DNA from: Amoebophrya sp. A120
Lineage: Eukaryota; Protista; Dinoflagellata
Assembly: GCA_905178155.1 (NCBI GenBank)
Contig: CAJINV010000003.1
Coordinates: 11,167,737 to 11,231,736 of the forward strand
Direction: 5' to 3'
DNA: 64,000 nt
In this document: in pieces, positions 26,689-40,000 of the stretch
Layout: the number at the start of each line of letters is the position of its first letter
How positions within the stretch are numbered: the stretch's first letter is position 1
Notes under the pieces: model-generated
Seen by the model: the letters and a program-made list of their open reading frames with translations, nothing else
Databases searched by the model: none
Told to the model about the DNA's origin: nothing
Translations under genes and position numbers: made by a program

Positions 26689-28829
26689 TCGCAACACTCT
26701 AGATGACATGGTAGTGCACTGAATGTGAGGACTGCTCTTAGACTTAGAATCTGGAAGAGCATCAAGACGACGAAAACAAAAACCGGCTGATGCTTCAGGT
26801 GAGCCACAAATTACAAAAACCGATGTGGCAACTGTTATTACTAATACTATTAGCTGCAGCTGATTGAAGATTCAGACACAGACTTGAACAGCGAATCTGA
26901 ATCATCGCAACAGGTTGAGGCTCGCACTACGTTTACTTTATTGAAAATGATGAAATGAAAATTTAATTTACGCTAGATAACAAGCTACATTACGCCTGAA
27001 TCAAGCCAACTTTTCACTTTGAATTTTGACACACTTGCAGAAATCAATCCTATGGGTAGCTTTTTCCAAGTATTTTTACGATATCCGAATACCTCTTTAA
27101 TTGTATGATTTGCACCGAAAAGTCTGTTTGAATTTTGCGAACTTTTTTTGTTTCCTTTTTCGTTTTCGCCTCTGATTTTATACGATGTTGAATACACATT
27201 GGCTCCTATGTATGAGTTTACGCAAACTCCCGGCCTCAAATGACAGTAGCTGAATTTGACCTTGATCTTCGATTTTCAGGCTGGCTGAAAAATCCGAGGT
27301 CGTACTCACGAGAAGGTGGGACTGGAGGGACCCGGCAGCTTTACTATTTGATTTTTTTCAGTTGTTGTTCGGAATACGAACGGGAACGAGCTATAGATAC
27401 TACAAAATTATGGCACTACACAGGCAAGCGCTGCAGAAGTAGACAGAACGATGATTCTGGTAAATGAGAAGAGAATGAACAAGTGATGTGATACCAATGG
27501 ATGCATTTGATTCCTGCAGATGTTTTCACTTCTAGTCTCTCTCGAATACAGCTTCAGAGGAGCCAGCAGCTACCGCGGTAGCGGCCGGCTCCTCCTCAAC
27601 CTGATCACACACTACCTAGGGAATCGCACCAAATTTTTTCGCCTAACAGGCGAGGGTAGATGGTTCGTTTCTGTTTTCCGATACCCACGTCCTCGAGGCC
27701 ACGGGAGCTCCCGACTGCTTTTACGCCTCTTTCCTGGGTTGGCGCGCTCGCGGTGTAGACATGGTAGACGCAATAATTTGTGCATAGAACGACCATGATG
27801 CAGAAGTTAACATAGTACAGTTGTTTATTTTGGAGAAGGTCGTGTGTTTTGTTTGCCGAAGTCTTCTTTGTGTCGGACATAAATCGGTTCGAAGTGGTGC
27901 AACTTTTTTTTTTGTGAATTGTTGGACGAAGTCGTCGTGATGGAAGAAAAACCACTGAACACTCGGTACAAAAATCGGCACGACAATCGACTTCGTTTTT
28001 TGTTTGCTTGTTTTTTCTCGTGAAAGCGTGGAGGTCGACTGCGAGGCTGAGGTAAAATTATGAACGAGCCAGAGCTCCGCCGTGTACTTAATAAGTTCAG
28101 ACGGTGACCCTGGTCAGAAGTAAGAACAACAAACGTGCCTAGACGAAAAAGGCCCCAATCGCAATTTGCTCCGAGCTCACAAGTATGTAGGTGGACAAAA
28201 GGAGTAGTTCTAGTTAGCAGGACCCAATTATAAACACGACAGGCGAGGAGAGCCTGTATTACATCACTACAAACAGAAAATTTATGATCGTCGAGTTCTA
28301 TGCAGCTGATAGAAGGTGTTGCTCGGCAACGACCATGCCCACCAAGCAGCAGTCTTTTCTATTCGCATTTGTCCGAACTTGAAAGGACTTCAATTAATAG
28401 AGGCCATTTCGCATCAACTACATGCTGTATGACCCCGATAACTTGAATTTTTTTTTACACATCACTGCAAATTAGTTTCAGTACTATACAACTTGCTGTC
28501 TCGTATGAAGATATTTACCGAAAGTAGGGTCTGTACACATGGCTGTAGCCTTTCAATGTATTTCATGACTTGTCGTTTGTCTTAAAGTTTCACGACTTGA
28601 CTCTAACGCGTAGCGCAAAAAAAACCTTCCTCGTGGGGTATACTTTGCAAATTATCTAGTGTCTCTACTAGCCTTATCCCGCTTCCCGTGTCCAGTTGTA
28701 ACCTGCTGACTTAATAGTATTCCGCTAGATGAATAGTAGCACTTCTCATCGTCTCTCTGTGGAGAATCGTTGTCGGCGCTTCAGCACAGGTAGGCCCATC
28801 TGCCGGCGATTTTCAAAGCGGGAGAACGG

Positions 28830-29435
28830 CTTTGGCACGATCCGGCACCGGCCGGCGCGGAGGGCAGGTTGGCCTTTGCCGTCATCTTGCATGCTGGCAC
28901 CGGCGGGGCCGCGATCTGGCGGCGGGGGGCGGGCATGGTCGGGCACCGGCTCGGCGAGGGCCCGACACCGGCGTGGCTAGGGTCCGGCACCGGCTTGGGC
29001 ATGATCGGGGGGGCACCGGCACGGCCATGACCTGGCACCGGCGTGGCCACGACCTGGCACCGCCTTGGCCATGATTTGGCACCGACTTGGCCGCGGCCGG
29101 GCACTTGCAGGCATGGCCATGATCCCGCACCGGTTTGGCTATGCTCGGGCACAGGCAGGCAGGCTTGGCCATGATTCACCTGGCACCGGCTTGGCCACGA
29201 CCTGGCACCGCACCGGCTTGGCCATGATCTGGCACCGGCTTGGCTTTGTTACTTATGAGATGATCTGGCCCCGGCTTGGCCATGATTGATTTGGCGCCGG
29301 CTTCGGCTTGGCCACGACGGACCCGGGGCCGGCTTGGCTTTGCCATGATCTGGAACCGGCTTGGCAGTGGCCTGAGCGAGCGCCGGCCTTGCCGTGATCT
29401 GGCACCGACCGGCCTGGCCACGACCTGGCACCGGC
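28830..29435. repeat. Degenerate ~22-bp minisatellite GGCACCGGCTTGGCCATGATCT
   Basis: Repeated directly in sequence. Confidence 0.85.
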
Positions 29436-29436
29436 C

Positions 29437-29890
29437 TGCTTCGAGGCTTCGCTGCTTCGGGGCTTCGCTGCTTCGAGGTTGCGCCGCTTCGGGGCTTCGC
29501 TGCTTCGGGGCCTCGAGGCTTCGCTGCTTCGAGGCTTCGAGGCTCTGCTGCTTCGAGGCTCTCCTGCTTCGAGGCTTCGCTGCGTCGAGGCTTCGCTGCT
29601 TCGAGGCTTCGCTGCTTCGAGGCTTCGCTGCTTCGAGGCTTTGCTGCTTCGAGGCTTTGCGGCTTCGAGGCTTTGCGGCTTCGAGGCTTCGCTGCTTCGA
29701 GGGTTCGCTGCTTCGAGGGCTCGCTGCTTCGGGGCTTCGCTGCTTCGGGGCTTCGCTGTTTCGGGGCTTCGTTGCTTCGGGGCTCCGCTGCTTCGAGGCT
29801 TCGCTGCTTCGAGGCTTCGCTGTTTCGAGGCTTCGCTGCTTCGAGGCTTCGCTGCTTCCTTCGGCGTTTCGAGGCCTCATCGTTTCGAGG
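29437..29890. repeat. 16-bp satellite GCTTCGAGGCTTCGCT (8-bp subunits)
   Basis: Tandem array; source of spurious repetitive ORFs on both strands. Confidence 0.92.
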
Positions 29891-29929
29891 CGTCGCCGCT
29901 TAGAAGCTTGGGCGCTTTGTCTGCATTCC

Positions 29930-30118
29930 ATTGTTGTTGTTTTTCGTTTCTTTGTTTTCGTTTTTTGTTTTCATTCTTTGTTTTCGTTTTTCGTTTCCAT
30001 TCTTTGTTTTCGTTTTTCGTTTCCATTCTTTGTTTTCGTTTTTCGTTTCCATTCTTTGTTTTCGTTTTTCGTTTTCATTGTTCGTTTTCGTTTTTCGTTT
30101 CTATTGTTCGTTTTTATT
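29930..30118. repeat. 26-bp T-rich satellite TTTTCGTTTTTCGTTTCCATTCTTTG
   Basis: Tandem array visible. Confidence 0.9.
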
Positions 30119-31004
30119 GCGGGATACTATTAAATAATGGGTTTTCTGACTTATAACTAGTCATGGTAGAGATTGTTGATATAATTTAGGAATATTTTTA
30201 GTGGCCGCGCCGATTTGGAAAACCGCGGGTGATTGATTGTCCTTTCTACGACCACGGCTACGACCATCCAGCGCACAAGGTTTTGCTCGGGCGCCATTGT
30301 TGTTGTATCTGTATGCACTGAGCATACATCTCTCTCCTGTCTCGGTGGAACTGCGTCTGAAATGATGCGACTCTAGACGCTCGCTCAAAGTAAAGCATGT
30401 TTTTGCAAGACGCACGGGAAGCGAAGGACATTGCTCCGATATACTGGAAAGAAAAGCGGAGAACAAAACGCCGCGCCTGTATGCATTGGAGTCACACGTG
30501 CCGATGTAAATGTACCCCTTTCACAGCACACCCCAGGCAGGAAGTTGAACCGTCACCAACACTACGCCACGATGAAAAAAAACTTTCAGTTTGGCACTTC
30601 GGCTCTCTTCGCCGACTACGTCGAAGGCGCAGCAAAAGCTCCACTACCAGTATAATAGTAGAAAGCATCTATGCTGCTGTGTGAAAACGTCCCCGTCCCA
30701 TTGTCAAGCTCTGGACTCTTTTAGTCATGCAGCTGCATGAAAAGCAAAAGCTTGGCTGTCGCTATCCTGTCGACATGTAGTCCAGGTGCAGGTGCTTAGC
30801 TGCTCCAGTAGATGCGTCATAAAGCCACTATGTCATCCTGATCATGAACGTATGACCGCAGATAGAGATCCAAACTTGAAAGGAAAACGAAAACGCATTC
30901 CATGCGGAGCCGTATGAGAGTTGTTCTGGGCATGCAGGAGCTTTGCATAACGATTTTGGGGTGGGCGTGGGGATGTTTTTACACAGGACAGCATTACCAC
31001 CAGG

Positions 31005-34000
31005 ATGGTCAGTATGAAAAGGGCGCGCCCCCCTTGGTTGCGCGAGGAGAGGGTGCCAGAGACAGTCCACCACGCACATAGGCGCGCCGGGATCTTCAGC
31101 GTGCCGCGTTTTGTCTCCCGGTACGTCGTCGTTGCAATCAAGCCGATCATGATGATGTGGCTGCTGGTGATGCTGTTCAAGGTTGCGTCGTGTGAGGCGA
31201 ATAACTGTGTTGAACATTTCTGCGTCGAGAAGGTGCACAACAGTTCGAAGCAAATCGTGATTGAGTCGGTGTCGGGCCTTGTGAACAACCAAAACACAGC
31301 ACCCGCATCGCCCTACTCGTATTCATCCGGCGGCTTGTCCGGGCACGTCTATTCAGACACGAGTACGGTTTCCTTCGGAAGCAGTTCCTTTGACCATCTG
31401 GGAACGTTTTCTTCTTACGACACCAGCTGGGTGTACATCCGCACGCCACTCGCCGACGCAAGGGTGCCAAGCGGTGAATCCGTGATGCAAATACAGCTCG
31501 GACGAGGAGGCGGCACGAGCTCCCAGTTGTCCAGTTCTTCCCCCCAGAGCGCGGCCGCAGATGCAGTTGTTTACCTCAATTTCTGGGGCGGAATCGAGCA
31601 CGTGCGAAATTGTTCCAACTGGTTGCGCGACGGCGGTTGGGTGCGGGACGACAGCGTCACAGGCGTCAAAGTAAATGGGGTCGGTCCTGGTTTCATCTAT
31701 CGAAATTACTTTCGAGCGGGCGACACCATTGTTCTCGGAGGTAACAACGGGTTCGCGCCAAGTAACTTACCAGCTGGCGATCCTCTGCGAAACTCCGGGA
31801 TGACCTACCTAGTGGTCCTGGCAGCCATTATCCTGCGCAAAAGTGGTATCGTATCTAGAACGGGGACGGGCGGGAGCGTGATGAAAATGTGCGACAAAAA
31901 GTGCTACGACTCTGCGTCTAATCTAGTTCTGGCATCAAATTCGAGAAGTTTTATTTTCTAGGTTGCCAAGAATAGTTTCTCGGCCAGCACGCGATCCCCC
32001 CTACGTAGTTCTTAGTTCTTGTAGTAATGGTGATGCTTTTGCAATGTATGAGCCTTAGCACCAGCCGATTGCTGCAATCCCTCGTCCCCAGTACGACTTC
32101 CGCGTACTCGTACTGGCCGGGAAACTACTTTCCCTGGGGCGATCCTGCAAAAATGAACCTGCGCAACAGCCCTATTGCCTACGCCGCATTTTCCCAGTAC
32201 GCAGACTGCGGCCTGAGCACAGATTATGGGCTGACCAATTCGCAGTACTGTTGCAACGCGACTTTGGTGGAACTACTAGTCTGTGCAAAGACGTATTGTG
32301 AGAGTTCCAGCCCATTTGCGTCGTTCGTCGAGTCCGCGAACTTTTTCCTGAATGACACGCAGGTGCAAACAATCGAATCTAACCTGGAAGAGAAATGCGG
32401 CATCAAGTGGACCGAGATAGAAGAAGTGGGAAGTCTAGAAATCACTCTCTATGGAGCACTAGCGGCAACCGCCACCACACCGTATGTGGGAAGGACAACT
32501 GCAAGTTCGTCGGGAAGTTTTTTGCTGTCCTCAAATTCGTCCTCGGCGTCGCCTTCAAGTGCGGAATCGTGGATGCAAACATTGACCTCTGCTTCAGGAG
32601 AGCAGCAGCAGTCGCGAGAGCTTCTGTACTCGCTAGAAGAGCACCTCTTTCCTCAAGTCACAGCGCTCTTCACAGGTTTCCGGGACGAGTACGAGCGCGG
32701 TAGATACTCGCAGCAACAGCTTTTTTCGGTCTCCGACCTGCGACTGCGGGATGCGATGTGTGTCGGAACTTTTGTTCCAACGAGCACCACCGGGCCAACT
32801 TTGACATCCTCCTCCGGCGATGCTGCACTTGCGCCCGTTCTTTTTTCAGTTCACGGCGGCGCCTTGACATCAACAACTTCTACTTCCTCCGAAACCAGCC
32901 CGGGACCGTCTTCGAAAAGTGCGCTGGTGCACGTAGAGCTGTCATCGCAGACTCACGCAGCTCGTTGGTTCTTGACAGGCTGCGCGGCCTGGAAACGCGC
33001 AAAGGTGCGTTTCCAGTACAAAGTGGAAAGCAAAGGATTCTCAAATCAAAATCCACAGCACGGAGCTAATGCCACCAATGGCAGTGTTGTGAGCGTCATG
33101 ATTGGTAGGAACGACATCGAAAGAACCCACGTACCGCTCTCTATGCCCGTGGCGTCTTTTGTCGAAGCATCGAATTCTAGTGTTGCAAGCGCGGTCGCGG
33201 AGAATGATGCTGAAAATAGCTACATACATTCTTGGTCTGCTTGGCAATACTTGGAGCGGAGTTGTGGAGAAACCGCAAAACACTCACTGTACAACTCAAG
33301 CAGCAACCACTCTGAAAATCTTCAAGATTCGACTTTTAATATCAGCACTCCGCTGCTGACATCACAACAGACTTCCACAACGAACCTGTACCCTGGCCAA
33401 GACTGTCCTTCCGGTTCCGTAGCCGAGGGAACCTGCTGGCACAATGCAACAGGGAAGCCTGGGATCTGCTGTACGTTGCAGACCCTTGTCACGTCCTCGG
33501 ACGCGGCGTGTGCACGAGTTCCGGCGGCCTACTTCGATCCGAAGTTTGACGCTAGCACGTTGCAGTGCGTTCTTCTTCCGCAGACCTCGATCGACAGTAA
33601 ATGCGATGGGTGTGGCGCAAGGCAGCTCGAATGTTGGGGCGCGTGCAATAACGCTGCAGGAAGTTGCGCTGCCTGCGGGACGCAAGACGGCGGCATTCCT
33701 GGCGCGTGCTGCATGAGAGATGCACTTCATTCCGGCGACCCATGGCCCTGCCAGATGATTGCTTTTGACAGCAACCAGTGGCTGCAGACGCACAACTGGA
33801 CAAACGCGACCTGGACCAGTGAGAGCTATCACCAATGTGTTGCTCTGAGAAATGATACGATTGTTGCGCCATCCTCAGTGGCGACGACCACATCGCCCGG
33901 TGCCCACACAACGCTGACCGCTTCCACGACCGTGTTCTCAATTCAAAGAATTGGTCCTAATTCCGGAGGTGACTATGTTACAGTGCAGTGCCCTGCGAAC

Positions 34001-37000
34001 ACGATTGTTGTAGGTGGGGGCTGCGAAGTCACAGACTCGTCGCCACAGCCGCTGTCGCAGAACACGCCCTACATATACGGGCCATCCGATACCGGATGGA
34101 AGTGTGGCGGTTTAGGCGTCGCGAAGAATGCGTGGGCGTTCTGCTCTTCGGACATCCCGGTAGAGCTGAAAACGGCATCTGGCGGGGACTGGACGCAAGT
34201 CTTCTGCACCAGCCCTTCGATGCCAAAGGTGCTCGGCGGCGGGTGCCAGCCATCGCAAGCGCCGTGGACCATGCACAAGAGCGCAAAAGTAGTTAGCGGA
34301 AATCCCACGAATGCGTCCTCGATGCTTGAAGGGTGGGAATGCGGGGGTGGTGGCACCGACAAGAATGTCTATGTGCTGTGCACAGAAAGCTGGGCCCCGG
34401 TACAGATACAGGAATCGCTGAGCGGCCCGGACTGGAACGACGCATATTGCACCAGTGGCACCATAGCTATTGGCGGAGGATGCGACGCCTACGTTTCGCC
34501 GTTCACTTACATTGCTCTGAAGCCCGACATAGCTTGTGCAAAAGTATCGCGCTCGTACTAATTCGAGTTGCTCCACCAATGACGAATGGCTCCTGACAAA
34601 TATTTGCGTCTGTACTAAGGAAGCAGGAGGTATTGATGTATATTAAATTTAAACCTACACTTTCATTAACTTTTCGTTTTAAGTTTGACCTTGAATGAAG
34701 CTATACTAGTGTGATACTTTTGCAATGCATGCGACAGCTCTGCGGCTCCGTACGATCCCACAAAGTTCACTTGTGGGGGTCAGGGTGGGGGCAAGCATCT
34801 CCAAGTCATGTGCTTCCCCAACGGGCATTACACATTTCCGGTTCAGCAAAGTGGGGGTTCGCTGCAGCACACTCAAGAAAACGCAAACACAACGACTGAC
34901 ATTCCCATCTGGATAAATGCCACCGCAGCCCACCCGGAAAACGTCTCGATTCACATTTACGCGGTCGATATGGTCAGGTCGCTTCAGGTTGGAACTCGTT
35001 CAAATGGAAGAAGCTACAAATTTTGCCATGCAAAAAATCCACACCATTCGGGCTGCTGCAATCAATTTTTTCTTTTTGAAGAGCCGCATGACAAATTTCG
35101 GAAGCAAAGACGAATCCATTCTGTCACGCTGTGTGCTGCAAAGACTAAAAAGATAAAGCCTTGCTGTGCTCATTCGCAGCTACGCCACCTCATCTAACCG
35201 CCAACAGGCTTACACTCAACCTCGATCGCCTGCGCGACAAGACAGGCTCAGGCGCTTTATGGTTGTGTCTCCTATCTCTTGCATCACAAAGTGGGACGAG
35301 TGCTTGTAAGTATTTCCATTTAGTCGATTTCCACCCTGATGATTCCATAGTGAAGGTAGTAGCCGAGTCGCTCTGCCCGAGCGTGGAGAGTGACCACCTG
35401 AGAAACGGTGTGGGGACAAATCTTGCACGGCAGACGTACGATGTGTCTCTGCAGTTTAACAATCTTCCGCTCACCGCATTGCGTGAGATCATCGTCCACC
35501 ATGAGGCAGGACAAACTACCTCCGCTAGTTGGTCGCTCGAATGGTCGCACCCGCCAGCACTAGCGGCACAGAATGACACCGTGCAGCTTGTGTCGAATCA
35601 GCGAACGCATATCCAAGCAAACGACACGCACTGGCGAAAGGGAGGCCGGCAGCTGCGCTACCACAGCGACTTTGACCAATGCCGGGAACAGCACAAGGAC
35701 ACTTGCTGGCGAAATTTGGAGCTCTCCGCTGCAGTCAATTATCGTCATGCAATCTCGAACGACGACGATCCATACCAGTACCGATTCCGGCCGTGGCCGG
35801 CCTTTTTCTCCAACGCCAATCGGCAGCAGACCTACTACGGCAGTACTACAGCGTCAAGTCGTGCAGTCTCCTGGGCCGATTTGAGCTCCGCCACCGGAGG
35901 ACATCTGAGTTTTGGCGAGTGCGGGCTTTCGACAAATGCAAATTCTGCTCTGGATCCAGCGTGCTGTCCGTTCACGGAGAATTTCATGGCGGATTGCGCC
36001 GCGACGAACGTCTGTAGGGGAACGTTTCAGGAACCGAGGGGGATCAGTGGCGGGTTTCCGATGGCGAACAACTTTTTTTCCTATGAGGACAGTAACTCCT
36101 CGGTGCAACACACTTGCCACGTTGATCTGACTTCTGCTCAAGCGAGTACGCAAGAAAAATACTGGATTCGAACTGACGTGACGCTTGTGTTCGTATTCCC
36201 GACTACCTCAACGGCCACGAGTACTACGCCTCCAGGGTACACCTCGCCAACTTCTACGACCTCAAACAATTCAAGTTCGTCTACGCCCCCGCCCAGTGCG
36301 CTTAACGGCAATCAGGCTGCTGCTGCTGGGACGACTACGAGTTCATTGAACGCAACGTCTGGTGCGTCGATCACGCGCGACCTTCTGAAGACGGTGCTCC
36401 AGGAGGAACTTTCGCTTCACTTTCCCTGGACTGCAGGCGCATCCGACCCGGTCCCCTACACTCGGAAAGTGGTTGTGCGCGATCTCGGGCAGCGCGAAAT
36501 TTTCTCGGACCGCAGCGGAGATGAACCTCGGGCGACGGTGGCAAATAACCAACGCCAGGAAATTTCACTGGATCTTTGGGTGGGCCCGTTCACGCAGCAG
36601 ATAAACGCGGAAAACCAAAAGCTTGCCTATAAGCAGGACTTCGTCGACCAGAAGCGCAGCTGGCTTCCTGCATCACACCCCGTGGAATTTGCGACGATGT
36701 CGATGCAGCTCTCCGACATGCGATATGAGAAAACAACTGGTCTTCATGTGGCCCCCGCCGACCTCACAGTTGAAACCGTAAGCACGCCGGCAAGAGCCGA
36801 CGGGGGCTGCGTGAGGCACCCTGGCCTTGTCGAGAGTGCCATCCGGGATGAAAATCGGATCCGTCCCGCATACTTGATCTTCGCGCACAACCGTACGTGT
36901 GCTGGAAACTCCTTCTTTTTCTTGCAGGGAGACGAGGCCAACGAGACAGCCTGTAAGCAGAGCTGCGATTCCCAGCCAACTTGCGAGTTTTTTCTCCTAA

Positions 37001-40000
37001 ACAAAACAGTACTGGGGCCAAGTTCAGGATCCTCGACCTCGCAACATGATGTCGATGTCCTCTCATGTGCACTCTTCACAGGTCCGCAGTGCTTTGATTC
37101 GAACACATTAACCCCAAATCTTCATCCTCTCGTATCCCCAGCAGGAGGCGCACCGTCATCTTCAACAAGCTCGGGCAATGTAAGCGACACAGCTGCAGCT
37201 GCAGCGTTTTTCACCACCGTGTGGCGCAAACAGCAGAACGTTCACGTGGGCAACGGCATTGCGATCCCCGGCTGCGCTGATGTAGACGAGTGCGACTCCA
37301 ATTTCTTTCCGCACCCCGTCTGCGGAAGCCCCGACTTTGGAAACTTTTGTGTCAATCTCCATGGCTCGCACAACTGTAGTTGCGGCTCGGGCTACGCTTT
37401 CGTAGCCGATCGGTCTACGAAGAATGGCAACAACACCGCGGAGCACTCTTCGATCTTCAGCCAGTTTTTCAACCAAACGCTTGGCCCGAATACACCCACC
37501 TGCATCGAGATTGATGAATGCTCTTCGCATTTGTGCGGTCCAGGTCCGGCGAACGTCTGCGTGGATAAACTCGGCCACTACGAGTGCGTCTGCGGTCTGG
37601 GCTACGAGCGCCACATGGCATACGACCAAAACGGAAAGCTTGTTGAGTCCTGTGTGGACATCAACGAATGTGGGTTCAACAACAGCGCGGGAACCTGGCC
37701 GGACGGGTTTTGCAGCCCTTGTGGCTGCGGCCAGGAAGCGAATTGCGTGAATGGCGAAAACAGCTACTCGTGTGGATTTTGCACTGCGACGTCGCACCCT
37801 GATGGGACGTTTGAGCTGAGTTCCTGGAGCCAGAGTAATCAGGCAGCCGGCCGCCACGGCAACTACCCGACAATCCTCGAAGGTAAGCCGATGTGTCGGG
37901 ATGTCGATGACTGCGCCGCAAGCGGAGGCCATGTTTCCTGCAACGTTTTATCCTACGCGACCCACATCAACAAATGTAAGGACAAGACGCCGGGTTTCGA
38001 CTGCTTCTGTGGCGCTGGATGGCGCAGAGCGCAGGTTGACGATTCGCCACCCTGGTACGGGGGCCCGGCCATACAGTACGGTCGTGCTTTTGTCCAGCTC
38101 GGAGACTGGCGGTTCGGGGATTGCGGATTTCAAGACGCGACTCTCGCTGGCTTTGCTGCGCTTGTCGCCAACGACACACCGACTGGCCTTCCCCAAGCCG
38201 TCCACATTTTTCAGAAAGACGCGGGCGCAGCGCAATGCAAGAGCTCCTCGGCACAGGTATCGATCTGCTCCGCGTGCGCCGATGCACTGTACAGTCAGCC
38301 CCTATCGCCCGACGGCCAGCTTGAAGACGTCTTTTTTGGTGATGCATTCATCCAATTAGGAGACTGGAGGCTCGGCGATTACGACGGAAAACACGCTTCA
38401 ATTTCGCACCGCTCCGGCAACACCTCCCAGGCCTTCAAACGTATCGACTCCAGTGCGGAAGGTACGCAGGGCGGCCACGACGAAGGTCCTGGCGCCCCGG
38501 TTGGCCCAATGAGTAACTACAGTACGTGGGACCGCCCAGCACAGCCACAAGGGGTGCAATACAGCCAACTTTCGCGGGTCGCATTTGGCAGTGCATTCAT
38601 TCAGATCGGGGAGTGGCGTTTTGGACTGCACCGCGCTAACCACTTCTCTATGAGCAACCAGATCGACCAAACTGCATTGATCTGGTCCTCTGCAAGATTC
38701 ATTGCGTACCCGGATCCCCTTCTTTATTTTGGACCACAAGGAGGCAGCACTTCATTGTGGACGCCCCCCTGGGAGACCAATTTTCCGCTACTTAGCTACG
38801 TACCAAAGTATCGCTCTACGTGTGTGGAGATAAACGAATGCGACTACGCGCCGTGCGACGTGCGCCCGCTGCATCTGCTCTACCCGCAAGCGGGCGCCAA
38901 ACCCGGCAGCTACTTGAACGTACAGCTCAGCCAGAACGTTTCGCACACGTGCTCGCACATCACCCAGCGCGAGCACTTGAATCAGTTCTACAGCTGCCAG
39001 TGTGCACCGGGCTTCGAGTTGCAATACTTGGATCCGCCACCGAGTGGAAGCAGCACCGCGCCGGTCTGCGTCGAAGTCGACGAGTGTACGGCATATACCG
39101 ATCAACATTCGGGAGGTCCGTGCTTGAATTTGCCAAACCAATGCTATGATCGCCTGGGCTATTGGTCATGCGACTGCGCGAGTCCCTTCCAGTTGCACTG
39201 GAAGAGCCTCGACCAATTTACTGGGGTCACTCCCACAACGGCGCCGACAACTACTCCCACAAATTTTAGGCGACTTCATCAGCATGACGCGCCAAATAGT
39301 CCTTTCCCAGCAGGAGAATCAGCGATCACACGTGAAGATTACCTTCTTCAGCCGGCCCATCATCGGAGTCCACGAGAGGAGCTAGGGAAAAAGCATGCAC
39401 ATCACGATATGCCTCAAGAACATGAACCCAAGCATGAAGTTGCCGAGACAACCAAAACCATTAACGTGATCGGCAAGGAGAAAGACAGCGACATTTTTAG
39501 CAAGGTGCTCTCGCCAACCGCAACTGCAAGAAGCCTGCAGCCAGAAACAGTTTCCTCGCGAGCTAGACAGCGCAGGAGAAAGCTTTCGACGTCACAGCCG
39601 CCCCTTCAGAGCTTTACCAGTTGCAACCACTCTGGGTGGCTTTGCCCCGAAAACATTACTTCGAATGGTACTTCCAAACTGGCATACCTTTTTGTGAATG
39701 GCACCCACGAACACAGCTCGGCCAAGACGCAGTGCGAAACTGCAAACGCGTTTCTTGCCACGATCGACAATCAGCAACAGAATGAGTGGCTTGTGTCCGC
39801 TCTGCTGTCGACCTGGCTGCCCTATTCCTCGGGCACGAGGCGCGTTTGGATCGGTGTGATGAATCTCCTCGATGATGGTGATTGGCGGTGGCACGAGAGG
39901 AATATGACCGCACGACGTTACGCAGCCGACGCTTCTCGCGAAACACTGTACAGCAATTGGGCACGAGGGAGCGATGGAGCCGAGTACCAAGCGTCGAATC

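Larger units (their letters stand above)
28715..30129. mobile_element. Non-autonomous TIR element with TTAA target duplication, filled with three satellite blocks
   Basis: TTAA(28711-14)-TAGTATTCCGC ... GCGGGATACTA-TTAA(30130-33). Confidence 0.75.

Noticed and set aside
27500-28100. Small minus-strand gene (ORF 27605-27955)
   Set aside because: No recognisable motif or consistent intron boundaries.
28830-30156. Long repetitive ORFs (e.g. 29176-29931, 29276-30133) and possible CRISPR array
   Set aside because: They are translations of tandem satellites; there are no unique spacers and no cas genes, and the context is eukaryotic.
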